From positions 71,114,001 through 71,178,000 of the forward strand of contig NC_043006.1 of assembly GCF_006345805.1 (NCBI RefSeq): a DNA stretch of 64,000 nt, read 5' to 3'. The position numbers and the translations under genes are program-made. Source of the DNA: Octopus sinensis. Taxonomy: Eukaryota. Shown one piece after another: positions 37,927 through 51,790 of the stretch (positions are counted from its first letter, which is position 1; every line of letters begins with the position of its first letter). The notes beneath the pieces are model-generated. The model ran no database searches and was not told the origin of the DNA. It was given only the letters and a program-made list of their open reading frames with translations.

Positions 37927-38187
37927 CTACAGACATACAAAAATAGAATGGACAGCGGAAAGAGTGCAACTTGGTCAGACTGTCACATTGCAATGTATAC
38001 CATTCGTCATTGCATATCAAAGTACGTAGCATGATTTTCGACGAGTGAAAAAACCCCCCAAAAAACAAAACAAAAACGTCATTTAGCCAATCACCCGCGT
38101 ACCATTAGACTGCTGGATCAGATTTGACCTAGGGCTACACAACTTCAGCATCAACACCAACACCACTAAAAGACATCATCATCATCA

Positions 38188-38585
38188 CTAAGGCGGTGAG
38201 CTAGCAGAATCGTTAGCACGCCGGGCGAGATGCTTAGCGGTATTTCGTCTGCCGTTACGTTCTGAGTTCAAATTCTGCAGAGGTCGACTTTGCCTTTCAT
38301 CCTTTCGGGGTCGATTAAATAAGTACTAGTTACGCACTGGGGTCGATATAATCGACTTAATCCGTTTGTCTGTCCTTGTTTGTCCTCTCTGTGTTTAGCC
38401 CCTTGTGGGTATTAAAGAAATAGGTATTTCGTCTGTCTTTACGTTCTGAGTTCAAATTCCGCCGAGGTCGACTTTGCCTTTCATTTTTTCGGGGTCGATG
38501 AATTAAGCACCAGTTGAGTACTGGAGTCGATGTAATCAACTAGTCCTCTCCCCCCAAATCTGAGGACTTGATCATCCAGTAGAAA
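38188..38585 (+). mobile_element. SINE family A dimer
   Basis: Head aaggcggtgagctagcagaatcg; second monomer joined at aaagaaata|ggtatttcg. Confidence 0.9.
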
Positions 38586-38827
38586 AGATTATCATCATCA
38601 CTACTACTACCAAACTAACGGCGGTGGTAGTAATGGTGTCTCCACGTAGACACTACTACTACCGCTGCTGCTGCTGCTACTACTACTTCTACTACTACTA
38701 CTACTACTACAATCATCATCACCGCTGCCACAAATAACCCCCACCAACACGACCACCATCACCTCCCACCACTACCACCACCACCATCACCATCACCACC
38801 ACCATAACCACCAACCTACACACCATG

Positions 38828-38858
<31 letters not shown>

Positions 38859-38863
38859 ATGTG

Positions 38864-39345
38864 CAGGCGTGGCTATGTGGTAAGAAGTTTGCTTCCAAAC
38901 CGTATGGGTCCGAGTTCAGTCCCACTACGTGACATCTTTGGTAACTGTCTTCAACTATAGTCTTGGGCCATCTAATGAATTGTGAGTGGATTTGGTAGGT
39001 GGTAGACAGAAACTGAAAGAATCCCGTCGTATGTGTTTGTGTGTGCGTGTGTGATGAATATGTTTGTGTGTGTGTGTATGATGTATGTATGTGTGTGTGT
39101 GTGTGTCTGTGTGTCTGTGTGTGTGCGCGCGAGTGTATTTGTATATCACCCCCATCACGCTTGACAGTCAGTGTTGGTATGCTTACATCCCCGTAACCTA
39201 ACGGTTCAGCAAAAGAGAATAATAAAATAAGTACTAGACTCTACAAAGAAAAGCAAAAGGACTGGGGATTGATTCGTGCGAATAAAATTCTTCGAGGCAG
39301 TGCTCCAGCATGGCTGCAGTCTAATGAGTGAAACAAGTAAAAGAT
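38864..39345 (+). mobile_element. SINE family C, full length
   Basis: gcaggcgtggctatgtggtaagaagtttg...gtgaaacaagtaaaag. Confidence 0.85.
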
Positions 39346-39686
39346 AAAAGACACACACATCCGTTTTGCTTTATTCTCCTATATACATGTGTGTGTGTGT
39401 GTGTGTGTATGTATGCGGAGACCCCCTTCGGTCACGAATGACCATGGGATTGCACCTAGAAAGTAACTCTCCGAGGCACAAGTCCGGGTAAGGCTGTTTA
39501 TGGATAGTAAGATCAACAAAAAGTACTCCATCTGGTGAGATAAACATGTTTTATGTGTTACTATTAGTTTCATTTGCTGAAACATGACGTTATAAAACAA
39601 TGTTTGGCATGTTCTCAGCACATAAAACTAATAGTAGCACATAAAAACATACATTGTGTTTATTAAATGATATATATCTATATCTG

Positions 39687-39783
<97 letters not shown>

Positions 39784-39787
39784 GTAT

Positions 39788-39877
<90 letters not shown>

Positions 39878-40310
39878 TCCTGTCTATAATGTTAATCAAT
39901 AGAAAAGTAGAAATAAATTACAAACATGCGTGTATATGTATATAAGCATTGACCTATCGCTGATACATACACTACTGCATTGTATATGTATGCATATACT
40001 CATGTGTACGGTATGTTTGTCTGTCTGTTTCTCCTCTGTTTGTCTGTGTGTCAGTATGCATGTCTGTATGTCTTTCTCTCTGTCTTTTTCCCTTTCTATT
40101 TGTCTCTCGAGGTCTATGTGCACGCATGCGAGTGTGTATGTGTGTGCGAATGAGTGTAAGGGAGTATGTGAATGTGGTTGTTTAGAATGTATTGAATCTA
40201 ACCAAAAACACTTTTCAATTTATTTCTGAACGCACACCCACACACACATACACACACGCACACACACGTACACATGTGTGTGTGTGTATATATATGTGTG
40301 TGCGTATATA

Positions 40311-40359
<49 letters not shown>

Positions 40360-40464
40360 CACACATATATATGTGCACACACGTACACAGACGTACACAC
40401 GTGTGTATGAGTGTATATATATATATATATATACATGAATATATAAATATATTTGACTGTGTGT

Positions 40465-40498
<34 letters not shown>

Positions 40499-40938
40499 CA
40501 TACACACATATATATGTGCACACACGTACACAGACGTACACACGTGTGTATGAGTGTATATATATATATATATATACATGAATATATAAATATATTTGAC
40601 TGTGTGTATATATATATATATATATATGTATTTGACTCTCTCTCTATATATATATATACATATATACATATACATAGACACAGACATACACACGTTCTAT
40701 TTTATACATATAAGCGCGCGTGCGTGTGCGTATAAAATCAAACATTTTTCAAAAATTGAAAACACAACATTTCTGGTCTATGAAACTTGCAAGAAACAAA
40801 AACAATATCAAAATAAAATTAAAGGAGCTGCCTCCTTTGATGTGCATAACAAACTCAGCGACGCTCGTTGTAGATCTTCACTCTTCTTTTTAGGAAAGTA
40901 CTTCCACTATTTTAACTGGAAGGTATAATTGTCGTATT

Positions 40939-40970
<32 letters not shown>

Positions 40971-41099
40971 TGTATGTATGTATGTATGTATGTATGTATG
41001 TATGTATGTATGTATGTATGCATGTATGTATGCATGCATGCATGCATGTATGTATGTATGTATGTATGTATGTATGCATGTATGCATATATATATACAT

Positions 41100-41141
<42 letters not shown>

Positions 41142-41458
41142 GCATGTATATATACATGTGTGTGTGTGTGTGTCTGTGTATGTGTGCATGAATGTGTACA
41201 AGTATGTGTGTTCTAGTTTTATTTTTAAAATTCCTCAGCAAAACAGAAAGAGTCAATTTCAAATTCAGAAAAAAAGACTCTTTCACTGAAATTTAGACAT
41301 CAGCTAGGTTGTTATGTATGTATGTATGTATGTATGTATGTATGTATGTATGTATGTATGGTATGTATGTATGTATGTGTCATTCCATGTATAGTTCTGA
41401 ATGTTTTGTCCCTTATATGTGTGTACACATATTTCTATGTCTAGATGTGTGTATACGA

Positions 41459-41850
41459 AGGCGGCGAGTTGGCAGAAACGCCAGGCGAAATGCTTATCGG
41501 TATTTCGTCTGGCGCTACGTGCTGAGTTCAAATTCCGCCGAGGTCGACTTTGCCTTTCATCCTTTCGGGGTCGATTAAATAAGTACTAGTTAAGCACTAG
41601 GGTCGATATAATCGCCTTAATCCGTTTGTCTGTCCTTGTTTGTCCTCTCTGTGTTTAGCCCCTTGTGGGCAGTAAAGAAATTGGTATTTCGTCTGTCTTT
41701 ACGTTCTGAGTTCAAATTCCGCCGAGGTCGATTTTGCCTTTCATTCTTTCGGAGTCAATAAATTTAGTACTAGTTGCGTACTGGATTCGATCAAATGGAC
41801 TGCCCCCACCCCATAAATTTCTGACTTTGTTCCTAATGTAGAAAAGTATA
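41459..41850 (+). mobile_element. SINE family A dimer
   Basis: Same architecture as 38188-38585. Confidence 0.9.
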
Positions 41851-42300
41851 TGTGTATGTACATATTTTTATGTCTGTACGTCTATAAGCCAGTATGGATA
41901 TATTTTAATGCGTATACTACTTAAACTTCTGGAACGTTTTATATAGTTTTTCACAGTTCCATTAAAGACTTGTAGTTTCAAATAACCGTGTTCTTTTTGG
42001 TGTTTGTGAAACCCAGTTTCTCAAGATTGATGGTGAGGCATCCAAGTTCTCCAAACGTTTCTAGTCCGTGAGGTGGGTGGCTGTTGCAACAAGTGTCATT
42101 GGCCATTTTCCGCGGCAACGCTTTTTCAACCTTGTCAGCGAGACACGGTTGAACATTCCATTTGGTCTGGACTCTACAACCAGTTAATCGCCCCACTATC
42201 TTCCGTTTTTAGAATAGACGTTAAGCTTCTGTTTTTGGTAAAGGTGATTTATATAACTGTAGATAATCTGAATTTCATGTGCAATTGAATAGTCCACATA

Positions 42301-42570
42301 CGAGGCGCAGGAGTGGCTGTGTGGTAAGTAGCTTGCTTTCCAACCACATGGTTCTGGGTTCAGTCAAACTGCGTGGCACCTTGGGCAAATGTCTTCTTCT
42401 ATATCCTCGGGGCGACCAAAGCTTTCTGAGTGAATTTGGTAGTCGGAAACTGAAAGAAGCAGGACCAGGCTTACAAAGAATAAGTCCTGGGGTCGATTTG
42501 CTCGACTAAAGGTGGTGCTCCAACATGGCCGCAGTCAAATGACTGAAACAAATAAAAGAATAAAAGAATA
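42301..42570 (+). mobile_element. SINE family C with internal deletion
   Basis: The head jumps from gaaagaagc directly to aggcttacaaagaataagtcc. Confidence 0.85.
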
Positions 42571-42599
42571 ATAGAATACGAATAATGATACAAATATCA

Positions 42600-44470
42600 C
42601 GTTGTAGTCACTGATTTTATTGTATATAGAGAGCTTTGGGACTCATATTTTAATCCGGGAGTTATATTCCTGGGTTACAAGTTTCTTATTCCATAAGTAA
42701 CTCTACTCTTCTTGGTCAGATGTTGGAAGAATAGTCAAGCCATTATTTAAATTATTTAGATTCGACGGATATTTGTCCTCATCTTGTTTGTATGGAGTCA
42801 AGCCATTGTTCGAGTTGCTTCTTGGTTGGCTTTAGATTTGCTCTCAGTATCAGATGGAACATTTATCTGGGTCAAATTTCATTCCTATACTCCTTGAGTA
42901 TATTGTTACCAGGTCAAAGCCAACTTTTCTTCAAACTATTTATATACTTGGCAGATAATTCCAGGTCGTTCCCAAAGAAGCTGTGCTACGCATGTGTTTC
43001 TCGGCTCCTGTGTGTCAATGATGTACCTTTCAGATTTCCTCAAAAATAAGGATTTAATGCAAGTTCAGACAACAACACAGATAAAGACTGTCTCCTTCAA
43101 ATATGCCCTGCCATATATTTATAAAAGGTAATACAATTACTTCTTGTTTTTAACCTCAGAATGGTGAATCAAATCGAAAGAAGGCCGACTCTGAAAGTCG
43201 AAGAGACTCTAGTATTCACGAGAGCGGAACAAAAAACGAATACTTATTTTAAAACAAATTCTTTATAACCTATCTCATACCTCTGATTTCCCTAGTTATG
43301 TTGACTGGAATTTGGTAAGCTCATTCCCAAAAGACATTCCTTCCCGGCTACTTGTTCGGTTATAATGATACGGAATATCTTCAAGCAGGTTCTATACTTT
43401 TTATACATTTAATTCTGGCATGCAATTGGCTGATAGTTCTTCGTTGTGTGAGCGATTTAGTTTTCTGATAGACATGTTCCTGCCGTACCCAGCCGGTTTG
43501 GAAAATTTAATTTCCTATTGGGAGTTTACTAGTAGACGTCAATAAGCTACTTCCAATCGATCACATTTATTGTACCGGTAGCCAAGAATGAAGTCTCTTC
43601 TTGGTGCTTTCCTATTTTGAAAGCTTTCTTGCAGAATCTAAAGAACATTATCATTTATACTGTAAGAAAATGATGTAAAACAAGAACGATACTTCTCTCA
43701 ACTACTGTATCCTGGTCAAATTCTTTTGTATCACTCCAGATTTTTGTCCAGAATGAGACTGTATATTCCTGAGAGGTTTCTGAAATCTTTATTGACTGCC
43801 CCCTTCAACCCTCTCTGTTCTTTGATTTCGTCTGAATTTCTTGTTAATTATTTTCCTTTCAGCTCCTCTCTTCTAGTTATGGAGTTTCTTCCTGGTAGCT
43901 TTTAACTTCTACTTGAGAATAATCAATTTATATTCAAGTGTTCTGTTTTTTAACTCCAAACATTTTTTCATTTTATTTTAAATTTTCTTGTTGAGAAGTA
44001 TAATTATTTATTTGTATTCATTTCATAGCTATCGTTACAAAACATAGTCTTCCGTAGATAAAATATTTTTCTCAGGTCTTTTTTTCCGAATTCATAATGT
44101 ATTTTTTATTGTTTTGTTTTTGTTTACTTCGAGTTTGCCTTTGTATTTTCAAGTCATTACTTAACATTTGTAGAAAGGGAATACAAACAGGCGTTTATTT
44201 GCCAAAACGACGGTTCATGACTCCGTGGGTCTCTTATGAATATTTGACAAATATGGTTATCTTGTATCGGGACTTTTTTAAAAGCAAAATAGTCTTTTCT
44301 TGAAATATTTCCTTAAGAATACATTCCAGTTGTTTATATTCTTCGCTCTGCCAGCTCGGAATATACTCATTATCGTGGCTGGTGCTATAATCATCGGCAG
44401 TTAGATATATATGGTCAGCCTTATAGCGATGTAACATGGTATAAATTGGATTCTGGTTAGTTGTTACAGA
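42600..44470 (-). mobile_element. Decayed R4/Dong-like LINE, N-terminal plus RT fragments
   Basis: Pieces KNYQPIAC, GIFEGDSLSVLL, DLEL and GMKFDPDKCSI across frameshifts. Confidence 0.7.
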
Positions 44471-44998
44471 GGATGCCGAGGTCGACATTGCCTGCCATAC
44501 TTTCGGAGTTGCTAAATTAAGTAACAGTTGCGTACTGGGGTCGATCTAATCGACTGGCCCCCTCCACAAAAATTTCGGGCCTTGTACCTAGAGTAGAACA
44601 GAATCGTTAGCACACGGGTTGAAAAGCTTAGCAGTATTTCGTCTGTCTTTACGTTCTGAGTTCAAATTCTCCTGAGGTCGACTTTGTCTTTCATCCTTTC
44701 GAGGTCAATAAATTAAGTACCAGTTGCATACTTGGGTCGATCAAATCGACTGACCCCCTCCACAAAAAATTCGGGCCTTGTGCCTAGAGTAGAACAGAAT
44801 CGTTAGCACACGGGGTGAAATACTTAGCAGTATTTCGTCTGTCTTTACGTTCTGAGTTCAAATTCTACTGAGGTCGACCTTGCCTTTCATCTTTTCGGGG
44901 TCGATAAATTAAATACCAGTTGTGTACTGGGATCGATCTAATCGATTGCCCTCCCCCCTCCCCCAAATTTCGGGTCTTGTGCCTAGAGTAGAACAGAA
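44470..44998 (+). mobile_element. Head-truncated SINE family A tandem trimer
   Basis: About 180-bp period; junctions cctagagtagaacagaat|cgttagcac. Confidence 0.9.
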
Positions 44999-45114
44999 TA
45001 TTTTTGCTCGCAGTGAAATCCATCCCAGTATATTTTCATTGTGTTCGCATAGCTTCTAAGAGGAATCTTTCTTTTGGCCATTGCGTAAGTCATTATCGTT
45101 TATGTTTTATCTTT

Positions 45115-45990
45115 TCCTTGTTTTAGTCATTAGACTGTGGCCAAGCTGGAGCACCGCCATAAGGAAACTCTAGTCGAATGAATCGGCCCCTGTACTTAAT
45201 TTTTAAAGCCTAGTACTTATTCTATCGGTGTCTCTTACCGAACCGTTAAGTTACGGGGACGTAAATCCACCAACACTGGTTGTCAAGCGGTGGTGGGGCA
45301 CAAAAACAGACACAAGCACACACACAAACACACATACGTATGCGCACACACACAGTCTGTTTCACATTTTCCCAATGTTTTTTTTCTTCAGTTCCACCTT
45401 TTCGTCGTCGCCGATGCACTCGCGTACAGTCTCCTGTCATGTTCTTCTTACCGAATCTATTGTGAGGAATTCAGGTTTGAGACGATCGCTACGATCTCGG
45501 AGAAATGGTTTCTTCAATCTATGAGATCAGAACAACCAGTTATGACTGCTAGTTGTGACATTGATGTTGGAGTATTCACCGCCAGGCATGCGTCTCTCCA
45601 TACTCAGTGTGTGGTAAGTAGCTTGCTTACCAACCACATGGTACCGGGTTCACTCCCACTGCGTGGCACCTTGGGTAGGTGTCTTCTACTATAGCCTCGG
45701 GTCGACCAAAGCATTGAGAGGATTTGGTAGGCGGAAACTGAAAGAAGCCCGTCGTACATACACACACACACACACACACATATATTATGTCTGTGTTTGT
45801 CCCCCCCCAAATTGCTTGTCAACTGATGCTGGTGTGTTTACATCCTCGTAACTTAGCGGTTCGGTAAGAGAACCGATAGAATAAGTACTAGGCTTACAAA
45901 GAATAAGTCCTGGGGTCGATTTGCTCGACGAAAGGCGGTGCTCCAACATGGCCGCAGTCAAATGACTGAAACAAATAAGAGAAAAGAATA
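45115..45990. mobile_element. Two SINE family C copies in opposite orientation (45115-45345 minus 3' half; 45605-45990 plus)
   Basis: Shared 3' halves form a local inverted repeat. Confidence 0.85.
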
Positions 45991-46048
45991 AAGAAAAGAA
46001 TGGGCAAATTTTAGCCATTTCTCCACAGACTGAAAAAATTATGAACAG

Positions 46049-46089
46049 CCTTAATCGATTTTCAAACTTTATTGGGTTCTCATCAGAGG
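46049..46089 (-). ncRNA. Minimal type-I hammerhead ribozyme motif
   Basis: cct CTGATGA gaac-ccaataaa-gttt GAAA atcga TTA agg; palindromic stem III aatcgatt. Confidence 0.65.
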
Positions 46090-46485
46090 AATAGATATTA
46101 TTCGGACAGTCTCCAGAGAAAAAGCTGCCAAATTGTTTATATACTCAACAAACGCAGCAGTTACTCTATGAAGGAGTCGCTAATTTGCATATCGAAAGTG
46201 TTTAACACTCTATAAATGCCAGCGGGCTGTTAACGGGGATCTTAGTCCACACGGTATCAAGATATGATATAATATATATGTAACATATCGTATGTATGTA
46301 TGTACGTAAGTATGTATGCATGTATGTATGTATCTATGTAGGTGCGTATGCATGCATATACATGCACACACACACACACATATATATGCTTGTACATACA
46401 TCATATATAACATGTTTTTCTGGTATGCATGTATGTATTGTTTTAAATGTATTTATACGTGTATATGTTTTTGCTTGTGTATGTA

Positions 46486-47748
46486 TCTGGTCGTCCCATA
46501 AGTTCTGTCCGATTTTACCTTTTTTAAAATTGAATGAAATTTAATAGTGTTTTTGAATGTCTAATGAAATTAAAAATTATTTTTATGCATTTGTGTACAT
46601 TTAAACTAATTAAATATTTTACAGAATAATAGAATTAAAATTTATTTGATTAAAACCTTTTCTTACATGGAAGTATCCAAAGAGCATTTAAGGCACATAA
46701 GGCTTTATGAGAACAAAAAAAGGAAACCCTGCAGTCGAAGCGACTCGAAACATACAATCAGTTTATGGGAAAGAATGCTTGAATGGAAGAACTTGCAGAA
46801 GGTGGTTTGCAAAATTCAAAAGTGGAAATTTCAGCCTTGAAGATGAAGATCGAACAGGACGTCCAGTTGAGTTTGATGATAAGCTCCTTGAAGCATTACT
46901 TGAAGAAAATCCTGCATTATCAGTTGAAGAATTGGCAATAAAGCTTAGTTCAAACCATACAACTATTCATCGCCATCATCATCAACTTGGAAAGGTTCCT
47001 AAACTTGGAAAATGGGTGCCTCCTGAACTGTCCGAAAGCAACCGAAAATCCCGAGCTGACATCTGCCCTTTTCTCCATTCTCGAGAATTTATTTCACCCT
47101 TTTTGGATAGACTTGTGATTGGTGACAAAAAATTGATCTTCTATCGAAATGTTAAACGTCGTAAACAGTGGCTTGGTAAAAAAGCTCAACCACAACCGAG
47201 AAGGGAACTTCATAGGGAAAAGGTTCTTCTCTCTATCTGGTGGGATTGCAAAGGAGTAATTCACTTTGAATTGTTACCATCTAATGCAACAATCAATGCT
47301 TAAGTCTACTGTGAGCAATTAGAGCGTTTGAACCAAGCTTTGAAGAAAAAAAGATCCGCTTTAGTGAATCGAAAAGGAGTAATGTTTCATCAAGGACAAT
47401 GCGCGACCCTGCACTGCAAAGATCACATCACAAAAGATCGAAGAGCTTGGTTGGAAAAAATTCCTCATCCACCTTATTCTCCCGACCTTGCTCCTTCAGA
47501 CTACCATTTGTTTCGTAGTTTACAGAATCATTTGGGTGACATAACTTTCGCAAGCCAGGAGGAGGTCGAACCTTCGCTTTGAAACCAAAAGAGTTTTACA
47601 TTGATGGGATTAAAAGCTTGTAAATAGATAGAAGGAAGTCATAGATAATCAGGGAAAGTACATTGATGATTAAATTTCAATTAAATATAACATTTGATCT
47701 CTTGTTTTCTTTATTCAAAATTCGGACAGAACTTATGGGATGACCTGA
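46486..47748 (+). mobile_element. Full-length mariner element (1263 bp)
   Basis: TIRs TC(T/A)GGTC(G/A)TCCCATAAGTTCTGTCCGA, flanked by TA on both sides. Confidence 0.95.
46667..47673 (+). pseudogene. mariner transposase, disrupted
   Basis: WVP(P)EL and YSPDLAPSDY motifs; frameshifts and a stop. Confidence 0.92.
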
Positions 47749-47863
47749 TATTATGTATGTTTGTATGTATATATACATGTATGTGTGTATGTAAATACAT
47801 CATGTATAACCTGCATATTTTCCTGATATGCATGAATGTATCTATATATGTATATCTATTTAT

Positions 47864-48058
47864 ATAACGGGAAGCTTTATGAAAATAAACAAAAGACGAA
47901 GGCAGGTGGAATACAAACAAACCATTGTATTAGTATGGCGCTCAGGAATATAAATAAAACAAGTCTTTTACGTTTCGAGCCTACGCTCTTCAACAGAAAG
48001 ATACACAGAAAAGAAACACGGAGAGAAACAAGGAGAGAAAAAAATGCGTGCAGAAGCT
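47864..48058 (-). mobile_element. Short Penelope-derived unit with variant hammerhead motif (47965-48000)
   Basis: Near-identical to 8663-8860; cttt CTGTTGA a gagc-gtag-gctc GAAAC GTA aaag. Confidence 0.7.
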
Positions 48059-48534
48059 AGTGAATCAACATGGCGATATGTATTTATATATGTATGTTAG
48101 TGTGAATGTGTATGTGCGTATGCATGTAACATTTTACTTGCTATGTAGATTGTCTACTGTGAAAGACATGTACTCCGAAACATTGATTTATTTTTCAGCT
48201 CTAAAGCTTCAGTCGGAGCATATTTCACAAGTTATTTTTAGACATGGTACTGAAGATATGAATACATGACGCGTTTTTGTAAGTGGATAGAGAAAATATG
48301 ACAGCTCTGCAGAGCCATATTATCTGACAATGTTTTCTGTAATCAATCAAATTGTGATGTACTGTTGGCTTATCAGACTTCGAAGTGCTTGTAGGTATTA
48401 TTCCTTATGCATTTTCTCTCTCTCTCTCACACACACACCTGCCTTGGCTTCTGATATATAAATATATACATACACACGTGCGCACACGCACACACACATA
48501 TATTCATAGATGCAAGTATATATATATATATATG

Positions 48535-48574
<40 letters not shown>

Positions 48575-48698
48575 CGTGATCACCGTGACCGACCAGACTA
48601 TCAGATGTTGCTATACATCGCTGGTCACAATGCGCTTCGCATTGTTTTAGCCTTCAAATGACGCTACCCCGCTGGCTAAGCGAGCAGGCCAATATATG

Positions 48699-48737
<39 letters not shown>

Positions 48738-48844
48738 ATATAGATATATATGTACTCATATATATCTTTGTATATATGTATATATATGAATTCTTTTATT
48801 CTTTTTTCCTTTTACTTGTTTCAGCGATGTTAAATCCGATACGA

Positions 48845-49000
48845 CAGGCTCTTTTCAGTTTCCGCCTACCAAATCCACTCACAAGATTTTGGTAGTTCTG
48901 AGGCTATAGTAGAAGACACATGCCCAAGTTCCCACGCAGTGGGACTGAACCCGGAACCATGTGGCTGGGAAGCAAGCTTCTTACCACACTGCCACTTCTG
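48845..49000 (-). mobile_element. SINE family C, 5' half
   Basis: ttttcagtttccgcctaccaaatccactcacaag...gggactgaacccggaaccatg. Confidence 0.8.
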
Positions 49001-49513
49001 CGCTTATGCATTTTTGTGAATATATATGCCTTTCTTATGCAAAAATGGGCAATTTCTATCTTTCGATCTGTCTGTTAACACTTTGCTGCCTATTATTTCA
49101 TAAAATGAGAAGGGTGCGAAGAGTCTTAGTGTGAGGGAAATGTGGCGGCATAGTGAATGTGGCTGATATAATGGAAAGGGAGAACAGTGTTGTGTATGCG
49201 ACAAATATTGAGTGGCAGTGGGATGGTAACGTTAATACAGCTGTCATTCACGGTTATACGCGCGTCGCTGCCTAATACTTTCGTAAATACACAGATACAT
49301 GCATACACACATTACACACAAACACACACATTACATACACACATGCACATACGCATAACTAGCTTTTAAAACGCCGAGGAAGAGAGAGAAAGGTGGTGTG
49401 AGAAATACATAGCTTTAAGGAGAGAGGAGGTAGGTGACTTTTTACTGTCCCTCGCAAATAAACACTCACACACAGACACACACGCACACATACACACATG
49501 CGCACACACATAC

Positions 49514-50875
49514 CTACATATATTTCTGTAACAAATAAATAACAAAATCGGATTTAACATGGAAAATTATCTCAATATACCAAATTTGAAAATTTTGATA
49601 CAATTTTAAATTGGGTGCTAATTTTATTCCAACTCTGTGGAGTTTGAAATTAAACCTTAAAGACGGACGAAATATCGCTAAGAATTTTCCCCAGCCTACT
49701 ATCGATTCTGCCAGCTCACTATTTTATACTTACACTTAACATTAAATAAAATAATTTTCCGGATGATTTTATACAGATTTTGCACATCATCTTTAGCTTA
49801 TACAAGTGACTGATATAACACAATGAGTGACAGCAACAGGGAAGACTCTACAAAAGTAGAGAGACAGACAGTTATAGGACGTCACACACACAACACACAC
49901 ACACACACACACACTGAAACATACACATACACATTTACAAACGTACACACAGGTTATCACGAGTTTAAAATGGTATGTAGTAGACATGTGTATGTATGTA
50001 TGTACGTACATACATACATACATAATTCATACATACATACATATATACATACATACATATATACATTATACATACATACATACATAGATACATGCATACA
50101 TACATACATAATACATACATACATATATATATTCATACATACACACACACATACATACATACCTACATACATACATACATACATGCATACATACATACAT
50201 ACATATATACATTCATACATACATGCACACATACATACATACATACATACATACATACACACATACATACATTCATACATACATACACACATACATACAT
50301 ACCTACCTACCTACATACATACATACATGCACACATACATACATACATACATACATACATACATACACACATACATACATTCATACATACATACACACAT
50401 ACATACATACATACCTACCTACATACATACATACATACATAATACATACATACATATATATATTCATACATACATACACACACACATACATACATACCTA
50501 CATACATACATACATACATACATTCATACATACATACACACATATATACATACATACATGCATACATACATACATACATACATACATGCATACATACATA
50601 CATACATACATACATACATACATACATACATACATACATACATACATACATACATGTCTACTACATACCATTTTAAACTCGTGATAACCTGGGTGTACGT
50701 TTGACGTCCTATAACTGTCTGTCTTTCTACTTTTGTAGGGTTTTCCCTGTTGCTGTCACATATTGTTTTAATTTTAAAATTATGTCGAAATTTTCAAATT
50801 TTTTATATTGAAATAATTTTCCATGTTAAATCTGATTTTATTATTTATTTGTTCCAGAAAAAATGTAGAAAAATG
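49514..50875. repeat. Large inverted repeat (~220-bp homologous arms) enclosing a ~660-bp (CATA)n array
   Basis: 49514-49990 (interrupted by a SINE piece and (CA)n) is the reverse complement of 50655-50875. Confidence 0.85.
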
Positions 50876-51557
50876 TTATTGAAGTTTAAAGTTTAATCAG
50901 TTTTACCTAATCAGGAAACAGGAATTGGAAGCTGGCAATTTCTGCATGATAACGGTCTATCATAAAATGAAAGCAAAATCATTACGAGGAAAAAATTTTA
51001 TTTAACAAATGAAAGCAAGGGCATTACGACGACTAAAGTTGTAAGAACTTCTCAAGTTTTAATAAGTTTTAATGAATAAAGTCATGTGAAACGGTCGAAC
51101 AGACATGTACATAATTTAAAAAGGAAAAAAAAAAATAACCCTCAACGAAGTTGTCCTGATCAAGAGGCCTATCTGTTGGGGAAAGTATGGTCTGACATGG
51201 AATAAACAAAAATTTATATATAGACATTCTATTGTAAAATTACCTGGCAACGACGGGCTATTCACTAGTACATCATACATACATACATACATACATATAC
51301 ATACATACAACATAATTATATATATATATTATATATATATATATAATATATATATATAATATATATAAATGCACACACCAGATACATTCATAAACATACA
51401 CCAACAACACACACACATCGCCTCGGCAAAAGAGACTGGCAAAAAAAAATACCAGACTTAAAATAGATAATTACTGGAATCCATTTGTAGTCCAATGACC
51501 GAAACAGGAAACATGTAAGCAATAAAATATACATACATACATACATACATACACACC

Positions 51558-51632
<75 letters not shown>

Positions 51633-51707
51633 TATATACATATAAGAATAATGGAAAATGGAGACAAACATACAAGATGTTATTTAAAAATAATTATATC
51701 ACCATAT

Positions 51708-51790
51708 CACCAACATATGTTTCGATCAATGCATTAATATAAATCCAAGAGGAAGAATAATGTGGAAAATGCACCAATCTCATCAGGGAG
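51708..51790 (-). ncRNA. Hammerhead motif in the inverted pLTR copy
   Basis: ctcc CTGATGA gattggtgc...gcattgatc GAAA catat GTT ggtg. Confidence 0.65.

Noticed and set aside
39410-39520. Possible HDV-like ribozyme (minus strand, ggtc-attcgt-gacc-gaa-ggggg)
   Set aside because: I could not build P1/P3/L3 with the required consensus.
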